Shown here piece by piece: positions 29,087-38,107 of a stretch of DNA of 52,514 nt. The notes below the pieces were generated by a model that had not been told where the DNA came from, ran no database searches, and was given only the letters and a program-made list of their open reading frames with translations. Numbering within the stretch: position 1 is the first letter of the stretch; each line of letters opens with the position of its first letter. The position numbers and the translations under genes are program-made. Source of the DNA: Candidatus Heimdallarchaeota archaeon (lineage in GTDB: Archaea > Asgardarchaeota > Heimdallarchaeia > Heimdallarchaeales > Heimdallarchaeaceae); NCBI GenBank assembly GCA_019057815.1, contig JAHLWR010000024.1:1-52514 (forward strand), in the 5' to 3' direction.

Positions 29087-30817
29087 TTAAATTGGTTCTT
29101 TAACTTTGATAGGTTCAATATATCCTAATTCAATCATCTTATCAAGAACTTTCTGGATACTTTCTTCAACAGATTCTTTATCTGTCTCACAAACAACTTC
29201 AGGATGTTGGGGTTCTTCGTATGGATCATCTACACCTGTAAATCCTTTGATAATGCCAGCTCTTGCTTTAGCATATAACCCCTTAAGATCACGAGTTTCG
29301 CAGACTTCAACAGGACATTTAACATAAACTTCCATAAAATCACCTATGCGTTGACGAATCTCTTCACGGACAGAAATATAAGGAGCAATATTTGCCATAA
29401 GAGCTATGGTTCCATTTCGTGATAAGAGGTGACAAACGAAACCCACTCTTCGAATATTCTCATCACGATCTTCTTTACTGAAACCAAGTCCTTTACTAAG
29501 ATTCTGTCTTACTATGTCCGCATCTAATCGTTCTACTTTGTATCTTCGTTTCTTCAATTCCTCAGCTACACCTTTAGAAATGGTAGTTTTTCCACTCCCA
29601 GAGAGTCCAGTAAATAAAATGGTAACACCTTTTTGTGTAACTTTTAAACGCTTATTATTAACAGAGTCGATAAGAATCATTGCTACCTCAGGTCTAGTGA
29701 ATTCTCTTGGTAGCATTTCTCCTTTTGTTAGCATTTCACGAACTTTAGTACCAGATAAGAAGATATGAGCATCTTTTCCATGGGGACAAGTTCTTTTTGT
29801 GACCATCTGTTCACAAAGCTTACAATAGAAAGCATATTCAAATTTTATAGGAGTAATCATAAGATCATCTTTAGAGAATTGATCGAAGATTTCTTGAGCT
29901 TCATAGGTACCATAATAGTCCCCCACTCCAGCATGATCTCGACCAACAATAAAATGAGAACAACCATAATTCTGTCTACTAATGGCATGCAAGATAGCTT
30001 CTCTCGGACCCGCATAGCGCATATGTGCGGGATAAACGCCTAGGAAAGTTCTTTCTTTTGGATAATAGTTGTTTAAAATGACTTTGTAAGTTTCCATTCG
30101 AACATGCGATGGAATATCATCTTTTTTAGTAAAACCTACTAAAGGATTAACAAAGAGCCCATCAACATACTCCATTGCAATTTTTTGGAGGTGTTCGTGT
30201 GCTCGATGGATAGGATTTCGTGTTTGAAAGGCTACAACTGTCTCCCAGTTCTTTTCTACAAAAAATTGCCTAGTTATTTTAGGGGTGAATCTGTAATCAT
30301 TTATTTCTTTATGAGGTATTTCTTCAATTAGCTTTATTTCTCCACCCAGATATACATTACCTGAACGATATAATTCTATTACTCCAGGATGGATATTGTC
30401 ATCGGTTCTGTAAATATTAATTGCTTCTAGTTTTTTGTCTGGTCTGTAAATATCAGAGATTTTCATCAAACCTATATGGGTCTCTTCCCACATTAAGGAG
30501 ATTTCATCGTTAATATTTAATTTTGACGCAAAATCTTCATTCACTGACAGAGTGATTGGAATAGGCCATACTGTTCCATTTGCTAACCGCATGTTTTTTA
30601 CAACACTGTTATAATCTTCTTCACCTAGAAAACCTGTAAGAGGAGAATAAATTCCTGTAGCTATACATTCTAAATCTGCCAATCCTCTCTCATCTAGTTC
30701 TAATTTTGGGAGAATCTTAGCTTTCTCCACCAGATCATAGCGTGCTTTTTCATTTGGGATATATAAGTCAATCAATTTTCCACCATGTGGAGAAACCAGA
30801 TCGTTTTTTGCTTCCAT
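29087..30817 (-). CDS. sat: Bifunctional sulfate adenylyltransferase / adenylylsulfate kinase (Sat-CysC fusion)
   Basis: PHGG, FQTRNPIHRAHE, YAGPREA, VGRDHAG, LSGTKVR; then FTGLSGSGKTT, GFSKEDRDEN, KGLY, FTGVDDPYE. Confidence 0.96.
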   Translation of the reverse strand: MEAKNDLVSPHGGKLIDLYIPNEKARYDLVEKAKILPKLELDERGLADLECIATGIYSPLTGFLGEEDYNSVVKNMRLANGTVWPIPITLSVNEDFASKLNINDEISLMWEETHIGLMKISDIYRPDKKLEAINIYRTDDNIHPGVIELYRSGNVYLGGEIKLIEEIPHKEINDYRFTPKITRQFFVEKNWETVVAFQTRNPIHRAHEHLQKIAMEYVDGLFVNPLVGFTKKDDIPSHVRMETYKVILNNYYPKERTFLGVYPAHMRYAGPREAILHAISRQNYGCSHFIVGRDHAGVGDYYGTYEAQEIFDQFSKDDLMITPIKFEYAFYCKLCEQMVTKRTCPHGKDAHIFLSGTKVREMLTKGEMLPREFTRPEVAMILIDSVNNKRLKVTQKGVTILFTGLSGSGKTTISKGVAEELKKRRYKVERLDADIVRQNLSKGLGFSKEDRDENIRRVGFVCHLLSRNGTIALMANIAPYISVREEIRQRIGDFMEVYVKCPVEVCETRDLKGLYAKARAGIIKGFTGVDDPYEEPQHPEVVCETDKESVEESIQKVLDKMIELGYIEPIKVKEPI

Positions 30818-30818
30818 T

Positions 30819-31619
30819 TCATTTCATCTCTTTCTCAATCATTTCGAAAATTATTTTGTTTGAAACTTCAGATGTTCCTACTATAGAATTTACATGTGTG
30901 TTTTTTTGATTAAAGTTATAACTTTGACGGTATTTATCTGAAATTTTTCCTCCTGCTTCCTCAACTAACAGACATCCTGCAACGATATCCCATTCATGTT
31001 GTGGTCTTAAACTAAATGTGGCATCAGCTTCTCCAGCTGCAACTAGAGCAAGTTTATATGCAATTGATCCGGTAGGAATAATTTTTGCTTGTTTCGCTAG
31101 ATTTTCCCACTCTCCTCGTTTAATTTCTGAACGACTTGCTACTATCTCAAGTTTTTCCTCTAATTTTTCTTTTACATGGATCAGTTCTCCGTTTAAATAA
31201 GCACCTTTACCTTTTATTGCGGTAAAAAATTCTTTTCTTTGAGAATTAACAACTGCTCCAATAATCGGTTGACCATCTTCTACTAAAGCCACCGAAATAG
31301 AATATTCAGGGATAGCTTCTACAAACTCTCTAGTACCATCTATAGGATCGACAATCCAAACTCTTTTTTTGTTTAATCTTTCAAGATTATCTTTTGTTTC
31401 CTCTGAGAGCCAACCTATATCAGGAAATTTGGAAGTTAATTCTTCTTCTAATATAGTATTTACTGTTAGATCTCCTGTTGTTACAGGAGTATCATTTTCC
31501 TTGAAAGATATTTCAAAACCACTTCTAGATATGTCAATAAGTGCATCGCTAGCTTTATGCAAAGTTTTAGATAAAAAGTCTAGAATTTGTTCAGCATCAG
31601 CAAAGTTGAAGGATGTCAA
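30819..31619 (-). CDS. cysQ: 3'(2'),5'-bisphosphate nucleotidase (inositol monophosphatase family)
   Basis: PVTTGD, LSEE, WIVDPIDGTREF, ASRS, GSIAYK, EWDIVAG; 1 bp upstream of sat. Confidence 0.9.
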   Translation of the reverse strand: MTSFNFADAEQILDFLSKTLHKASDALIDISRSGFEISFKENDTPVTTGDLTVNTILEEELTSKFPDIGWLSEETKDNLERLNKKRVWIVDPIDGTREFVEAIPEYSISVALVEDGQPIIGAVVNSQRKEFFTAIKGKGAYLNGELIHVKEKLEEKLEIVASRSEIKRGEWENLAKQAKIIPTGSIAYKLALVAAGEADATFSLRPQHEWDIVAGCLLVEEAGGKISDKYRQSYNFNQKNTHVNSIVGTSEVSNKIIFEMIEKEMK

Positions 31620-31689
31620 TATACTTCCTTCAACGCTTGGTTAGTGGGTTTTTAAATGATTATGTTTAACTCAAAAATGGTTTAACGGT

Positions 31690-33016
31690 TAATGGCAGAA
31701 GTCCCCTTATTATCAGTGGGGGAGGGATGCTAGATGGTTTACTTTAGCTTTTTATAGTGAAAAAAGAACTAAGAGGATAGACTAATGCTAACATACAAAG
31801 TGCAACTGTACCCTAATAAACAACAACAGGCAAAACTTGTCGAACAGTTGGATATTTGTAGAAAACTCTATAATAAACTACTAGAAGAGTGCAAGAAAGC
31901 GCGAGAGAAGGGAGAGAAACTCACACAAAGCAAAACTCAATCGTTTATAGTGAGACTAAAAAACAACTCTATGCCTGAACTAAAAGAAGTTTATTCTAAA
32001 GTTTTACAGATGGTCAATCATACTTTGTGGGTAAATATCAAGAGTCTATCAAAGTTAAAAAAGAGTGGGCGTAAAATAGGTCATTTAAGGTTCAAAGGAA
32101 AGGGATGCTACAAAACTATTAACTACAACCAGAGCGGGTTCAAGATAGACGAGTATAAAAACAAGATTACTTTCTCTAAAATAGGAATTATCAATTGTAG
32201 AGGACTAAATAATAGATTAAGGAAAAACAAAATTAAGGGGATAATTCTCAAACGCTCTCAAACGGGTAGATGGTTCGCTAATATACAAGTAGAAAACACT
32301 CTAACAGATCTTCCTAAAACCAATAAAAGAGTGGGAATAGATGTGGGTGTTTCTTCGTTTATCGTCGATTCTGATGGTAGAAGAGTAGAGAACCCTAAGA
32401 ATATAGACAAACAATTAAAGAAAATTAAAATCGCTCATAGAATCCTCTCTCGTAAAAAGAAGGATTCAAAGAACTGGTTAAAAGCCAAGTTACAATTAGC
32501 TAAACTTTTAGCGCAAGTTACTAACCAACGTAAAGATTTCTTGCATAAAGTTTCCAGATTTTATGTTAGAAGTTACGACTTTATCTGTGTAGAAGACTTG
32601 AATATTACAGCACTATCACAGAAAGGTAACAAAAATAACAAGCGGTCACGCACTCTTCACCGTCACATTTTAGATGCTTCGTGGGGACAGTTCTTCAGCT
32701 ATTTATCTTATAAAGCTGTAAACGCTGATAAAAAAGTAGTTAAAGTTCATCCTGAAGGTACTACTCAAGAATGTTCTAGATGTGGGAGAATAGTTAAGAA
32801 AAACCTTTCAACCAGAACACACCTTTGTCCTTATTGTGACTTAGAGTTAGACCGCGATTATAACGCTTCAATCAATATTTTGAAGAGGGGTACGGGATGT
32901 ACCTCTTTACTTGTGGAGAACAGACCTCTGGTCACTATTAGCGCTTCTGCTATTGTTAGTGGTCAAGTCTTTTCTATGAATCAAGAAATTCCTACCTTAA
33001 GGTAGGAGTAGTTCAT
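31690..33016 (+). mobile_element. IS200/IS605-family (IS1341-type, tnpB-only) element; left boundary approximate
   Basis: Left hairpin tcccc/gggga at 31702-31723; right palindrome tcctaccttaaggtagga at 32990-33007 followed by gtagttcat. Confidence 0.8.
31785..33005 (+). CDS. tnpB: RNA-guided endonuclease TnpB
   Basis: YKVQLYPN HTH, GIDVG, VEDL, TTQECSRCG...CPYC Zn finger, DRDYNASINI; catalytic D-E-D intact. Confidence 0.96.
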   Translation: MLTYKVQLYPNKQQQAKLVEQLDICRKLYNKLLEECKKAREKGEKLTQSKTQSFIVRLKNNSMPELKEVYSKVLQMVNHTLWVNIKSLSKLKKSGRKIGHLRFKGKGCYKTINYNQSGFKIDEYKNKITFSKIGIINCRGLNNRLRKNKIKGIILKRSQTGRWFANIQVENTLTDLPKTNKRVGIDVGVSSFIVDSDGRRVENPKNIDKQLKKIKIAHRILSRKKKDSKNWLKAKLQLAKLLAQVTNQRKDFLHKVSRFYVRSYDFICVEDLNITALSQKGNKNNKRSRTLHRHILDASWGQFFSYLSYKAVNADKKVVKVHPEGTTQECSRCGRIVKKNLSTRTHLCPYCDLELDRDYNASINILKRGTGCTSLLVENRPLVTISASAIVSGQVFSMNQEIPTLR

Positions 33017-33048
33017 GTTATTGCTTCAAGCCTTGAAAACAGAAGATT

Positions 33049-34293
33049 CTATTCTTTTCTTTTTCTGTAGAACCTTCTATAAGTAAGCACTATCAGACCT
33101 ATAGCTAGTATTGGCATGATTAACCCAAATGATTCTTCTTCGGTTTCAGTTGTTTCAACTTCAAGAGCTTCATGAACTTCAACAACAACTTCGTCATACG
33201 CACTGTTCCCAAAGATATCATACAGAGTTAATCTTATGATTTGAAAACCTAGATAATTGCATGTAAGAACATACTCAATATTTTCACCATTCCAAGGACC
33301 TGACTGAACTCTAGAACCATCGATTGAAACCGAGAAATTCATCGGAGTAAAATCGGATGCGTCCCAAATCAGTGAAACAAATGTCATATTGCTCCAAACC
33401 CAGAAATCTTCAGGACCAACTATTATAGGGTTGTCTTCGTCTGTTTCAAGAGTGTTATAATTTATAGCTTCTACAGCATCAAGCTCTACAGTACCTTCTG
33501 CTGCATTAATTTCAACAATAACGTATCTTGCTGAATCAAAACCAATTACACTCAAATCAAAACTTTTTGTTCCATTTCCAGTACCTAAACTAGTTGGTAT
33601 GTCAGATAAACTATTTGCAACTTTGACCATGTACAATTCGCCTTGAGCATGAACAGTGAAATCATTACCTTCTCCATTAAGTATCTCCTCATTCTCTCCC
33701 ATATCGAGAGTTACATACCCATTAGAGTAACCAATGAAAAGTGTTGCATATCCACCATCAGGAGCTCCTATAGCATTGTCTTCATTAGATGAGAAAGCTG
33801 TATTTACAGCTGTATTAGCGTACTCGTCACCAATAGTGTAAGCTATAGTAATCCAAGAAGTTACTGAAACTGAAACCATATCTGTGTTAAGGACTTCCAA
33901 AGTGAGATTAAATGTTCCTAAAGACCATTTACCATTGAACCAATCAGTGATTTCTAAAACTATAGTGGTATCTAATATGCTTCCAGAACAGAGAATGCTA
34001 CCATTTCTCCAGAGGACATATTCTGAACTAGAATATACTTCCCATTCTAAAGAGATATTTTCTTCACCCCATTGAATTGTCTGATTGGGGGGAGAAACAG
34101 ATATTGAGGGCAAGTCTAGAACAATTACTTTTAGAGAGGATTCTAAATCTATGTAATTGTTAAAAATCTGTAAACTGATAAAATCTTGTTCACCATTGAC
34201 AAAAGGAATCTGGAAAAAAACTAAAAGCAAGATAAAGGAAGTAATAATAATGCGAAATTCTTTTTTCTGAGGGATAAAAACTTCTTTTCTCAT
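33049..34293 (-). CDS. Cell-surface protein (Ig-like, jelly-roll, Ig-like, TM anchor)
   Basis: Signal peptide; GTFNLTL; NAIGAPDG...VTLDMG...NGEGNDF; Thr/Glu linker, TM, basic tail. Confidence 0.75.
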   Translation of the reverse strand: MRKEVFIPQKKEFRIIITSFILLLVFFQIPFVNGEQDFISLQIFNNYIDLESSLKVIVLDLPSISVSPPNQTIQWGEENISLEWEVYSSSEYVLWRNGSILCSGSILDTTIVLEITDWFNGKWSLGTFNLTLEVLNTDMVSVSVTSWITIAYTIGDEYANTAVNTAFSSNEDNAIGAPDGGYATLFIGYSNGYVTLDMGENEEILNGEGNDFTVHAQGELYMVKVANSLSDIPTSLGTGNGTKSFDLSVIGFDSARYVIVEINAAEGTVELDAVEAINYNTLETDEDNPIIVGPEDFWVWSNMTFVSLIWDASDFTPMNFSVSIDGSRVQSGPWNGENIEYVLTCNYLGFQIIRLTLYDIFGNSAYDEVVVEVHEALEVETTETEEESFGLIMPILAIGLIVLTYRRFYRKRKE

Positions 34294-34334
34294 TACATCT
34301 CAAGATACTTTAGCTCATTATTAATATTTACGTT

Positions 34335-36197
34335 TTACTTCTGGTAATCAAGCAAATCGTAAAGAGAATAAGGTACAGTCTTTAAATCCTTTTGAGCTTT
34401 AGTGCGTATTCTATGATATGTTTCAGAGAGTATTACTTTTTCGTAATCTTTTAATTTTAATAGCGGAATTTTTTCCAAAAACTCAATATCAATCTGTGCA
34501 AATGTCCTTCCCCTTTCTAGACTTAAAATATTGTAAAGAAGATTGAATTCCTTAGAGTTTAATATCACTGCAAGAGAATATTCATCTACTCTTTTGTCTC
34601 GCACAACTAAAGAATGACAATTGTTCAAGTGATAATATCCTTCCTCATCTACAGCTATAATTATTTGGTAACCTGTCTGACGTAAGATTAATTTCGTCCT
34701 TTCGACTATTTTAGCATCATGTCCTCCAGACCAGAGTATAGCAGGATCAATATTTATCCAATGACCTAAATATGTTATTTCGAAGGGTTTGACTTGTTTT
34801 CCAGAGATTATACCTTTCTTCCAAGTAGAACCTACTTGATTTTCAGAAATAATGTTCTTCTGACCAATCTTGCTTCTTACACCAGTATGAATAGAAGCAA
34901 TATCACCTAAGCAATACTCCGACTTATCTTTCCATTCCTGAACAAAGCGTTTCTCTTCATTTGTAAAGAACAAAGTGAATCTATTGTAAACCGCTTTCAT
35001 AAAATCTGATTGAGAGTTTGGATGTTCTTCCCACTTTTTGTTGTTTAAATCCTCTACTGATTTGATCCACCTTGCATTGAAGGTTTCAGGATATCCTTCT
35101 TTTTTTCCTCCTTTTCTAAAAAACGAAATAACTGATCTACCCAGAGTTACTCCTTTGAAAGGCTCGAAATCAAAAATTGAAACATCTAAGATTTGTGAGT
35201 GTTCCATAATGTAAGAACGGATTTTGGAATAATATCGCCCTATAAAAAACGTATCAGGGGTCAACAAACAAGAAATACCATTCTTTTTCAATAACTCTAA
35301 ATTTCTCTCAATGAATATGGGATAGAGATTGAGCTTGTATTCAGCTGATTGAAACCTTTGGCGTAAAAACCTCTTGTATTCTTTAGAGTATTCTTGAGCA
35401 TCTCTTAAACCATAACACATAAACGGAGGGTTTCCAATAAGAATATCGAATTTCTGGTTTATATCTAAAGGTTTTAGCAAGAGATTATCTTTATTATCGA
35501 AACAACAATCAGAACTAATGAGAGAGTTCCCTTGAAGAAAATGGGATGAAAAATCAGGTAACCTATCTAGATTAGAGAAATTGGAGAGAAAGAAAAGAAT
35601 ACGAAGCTGACAAATCGTCAAAGATAATCTGTCAACATCATAACCAAAGATATTGTTAAAGACAAAAGATGTTAATTCTCCTAGCGAAGATTCTGTTTTC
35701 TCTAGTCTATCATAGAATTCGTAAATTAGTGAAATAAGCAAATTGCCTGTTCCACAGGCGATATCTCCATACTTTAGGTTATGTAACCCCTTTTGTTCAA
35801 GAGAATTATGAGAAGCGTATAAATCTAATACTTTCTTAGAAATAAAAGAGGAAAGGTAAGAAGGAGTGAAAAATTGCCCCTTTTGCTTGCGTTCAGATAA
35901 GATAGGAATCAAAACCGAAAGATGGAAAGGAGTAATGTGAGTTTCAGACAATCTTTCATTCAAACTAAAATCAAAGTTACTGAATAATCGACTAATATCA
36001 GATATTAAATAGTTGTTTTTTAAGCTGATAAACTCAAACTCCTTTTCTGCGAATTTAGAAATGATTTCCTTGTTAGCTGAAAGATCTATCAAACATGAAA
36101 GAAGAGATTCTAAAAATACATCTGACGACTCTTGGAACAATTTTGATTTTAACAGGCTTTTCACGAATTTAAGATAAGGATCTTGTACTCTCAACAA
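34335..36197 (-). CDS. N6-adenine DNA methyltransferase (gamma class, Eco57I/TaqI-like) with C-terminal target recognition domain; no nuclease partner seen
   Basis: GQFFTP, DIACGTGN, GYDVD, GNSL, IGNPPF, KLILRQ. Confidence 0.9.
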   Translation of the reverse strand: MLRVQDPYLKFVKSLLKSKLFQESSDVFLESLLSCLIDLSANKEIISKFAEKEFEFISLKNNYLISDISRLFSNFDFSLNERLSETHITPFHLSVLIPILSERKQKGQFFTPSYLSSFISKKVLDLYASHNSLEQKGLHNLKYGDIACGTGNLLISLIYEFYDRLEKTESSLGELTSFVFNNIFGYDVDRLSLTICQLRILFFLSNFSNLDRLPDFSSHFLQGNSLISSDCCFDNKDNLLLKPLDINQKFDILIGNPPFMCYGLRDAQEYSKEYKRFLRQRFQSAEYKLNLYPIFIERNLELLKKNGISCLLTPDTFFIGRYYSKIRSYIMEHSQILDVSIFDFEPFKGVTLGRSVISFFRKGGKKEGYPETFNARWIKSVEDLNNKKWEEHPNSQSDFMKAVYNRFTLFFTNEEKRFVQEWKDKSEYCLGDIASIHTGVRSKIGQKNIISENQVGSTWKKGIISGKQVKPFEITYLGHWINIDPAILWSGGHDAKIVERTKLILRQTGYQIIIAVDEEGYYHLNNCHSLVVRDKRVDEYSLAVILNSKEFNLLYNILSLERGRTFAQIDIEFLEKIPLLKLKDYEKVILSETYHRIRTKAQKDLKTVPYSLYDLLDYQK

Positions 36198-36294
36198 CTA
36201 ATAAAGAAAAGGAGAAAATAAAAACATTGTGTTCAGCAAAATAGAATTGAGAGAGAGCAAGTTTATTAAAGATTATGACATGGAAAGAACAGAA

Positions 36295-36429
36295 ATGAGT
36301 TCTCTGTTAAATTTCATAGCAATATTAAGTGCGAGTACCATAGGTTTTACGCTGTTATGTTTTGTACTCTACGTGATCTACCATATTTTAGCTGAACGAA
36401 AAGAGATCAAGATATTTACTATTAGATAG
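36295..36429 (+). CDS. Single-TM microprotein, copy 1
   Basis: MSSLLNFIAILSASTIGFTLLCFVLYVIYHILAERK; paralogs at 45361 and 45928. Confidence 0.65.
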   Translation: MSSLLNFIAILSASTIGFTLLCFVLYVIYHILAERKEIKIFTIR

Positions 36430-36462
36430 TGGAGATAAAAAATAAATCAGAATAATTATACA

Positions 36463-36748
36463 AAGAGCTCTGTTTTTACATAAATGATATATAAGTGACT
36501 TATCTTCTCTATTTAATGCGTATCTTGATAACTGGTTCAAATGGTTTTCTGGGTAAAAACCTTGTCAAACATATACAAGAAGAATATCCTTCTTGGAAAA
36601 TATTTGGTTTTGATATTGTGGAAACAGGTCAAGAAAACTATAATTTCAATAAAGTCAATTTTAATGAAAAAGAGGACTGGAAACCTTGTTTCAAGGAAAT
36701 TGAACCAGAGTATATTTTCTACTTGATTGGACTTTTCAGAGGAGATAA
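36463..36748 (+). repeat. 286-bp exact direct repeat, copy 1 (copy 2 at 46095-46380)
   Basis: Base-by-base comparison at offset 9632. Confidence 0.92.
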
Positions 36749-37271
36749 TAAGATACTATATAGGACAAATGCTTACTCTTTTCAGAATTTCATTGAAGAT
36801 TTAAGAATATCAGAAATAGAAGCAAAATTACTGATAATCGGTTCAGCATCTCAATATGGTAGGATTAAAGCTGAAGATAACCCAGTTAATGAAGAATACA
36901 AAGTTAACCTGACAAGTATATATGGATTATCTAAACAACATCAGGAAAAAATTGCTCTCTTCTATAACCAGAATTATGGTCTAGATGTTGTTTGCACAAG
37001 GCTTTCATCATACATAGGTAAAGGAGTAGCTAGGAGTCTATTAGCAGGATATTTAATACATAAATTCTCTTCTGAAAAGAAAATAATCGATTTAGAAATA
37101 AGTAATCCCAACGATGTAAGAGATTACATTGATGTAAGGGATGTAGCAAATGCGCTAGTTAAGCTACAAACGAGCAGTAATTCAACAGGAGAAATAATAA
37201 AGAAGCTTGAAAAAAGAGTCTTTGAGCTCGAAGAAAAGCATGCAAAAGATGAGAAGAAGGCACAAGAATAA
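36495..37271 (+). pseudogene. NAD-dependent epimerase/dehydratase (GDP-sugar reductase-like), 3'-truncated with a foreign tail; likely ATG at 36516
   Basis: ITGSNGFLG, GSASQYG, YGLSK, RDYIDVRD; diverges from the paralog after STGEI. Confidence 0.85.
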
Positions 37272-37324
37272 GTATTCTATATTATATTTGAAGATTAAAA
37301 AAACTGAAAAAAAATTCTTTTCAT

Positions 37325-37640
37325 CTAATATATTATTTTTTCCTTGTTTAATAACAATTTTCTTCTTATTGAAATTAATAAACTGATACTATGTTTAAAA
37401 GCTGAAATTAATTTTCCTCTTAATAGTATTCTTACTAGATGAATTAAATCTTTTGTCTTTCCTACTGGAACCAACACCATATGAGTGAGTTTTGTATTTC
37501 TTTTCCTTCCATTGTTTATAGATTCTTCACTTTTTATCATCTCAGAAATAAAGCTAGAAAGATGCTTACCTTGAATATCAGCCAAAAATCCTAACTTGGC
37601 TTTTTTTAAGTTATTAACATCCCAAACTGCAAAGATATTT
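37325..37640 (-). pseudogene. Gene fragment of unknown function
   Basis: Open frame extends upstream of the annotated TTG (ERTENIFAVWDV...) without a clear start. Confidence 0.35.
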
Positions 37641-38107
37641 TCAGTTCTTTCTTTCGCTTACTTCTTATACAGTTTATACTAACGATTGCTCTTCTTATGA
37701 CTGACATACTAATCTTCACATTACCTTTTGAGTTTTTTACTGACAATCACCAACCAACTTATCCAGTTAACTTGATTTTAGTAGGTCTGTGTTTTTGTTT
37801 TTCCAGTTTTCTTCTGAATATGCTACCTTTAATAATTCGAGCTTTATAAATAAAAACAAATGAAATGCATGTGGAAATAAAATAAGAAGAAATTAATATA
37901 ATGAGATACCTAGTAAATCTTCTTATTATAAGTTTGACAATGAATGTATTAGACGTTATTCTCCTCTTTTCTTTATAATTACATTTTTGTCTTGCTTATC
38001 ATTTCTTTTCTTCACTTAAAACCCTTTTTCTTACTCCTCTCTAATTTATCTTGCTGTTCTTTCTTTACCTAGGAGTTACAGGAAAAGCAGTGAATAAAAA
38101 CAGTGAT

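Noticed and set aside
34335-36197. Complete restriction-modification or BREX/DISARM system
   Set aside because: No nuclease, helicase, ATPase or PglZ gene nearby; the MTase appears to be an orphan
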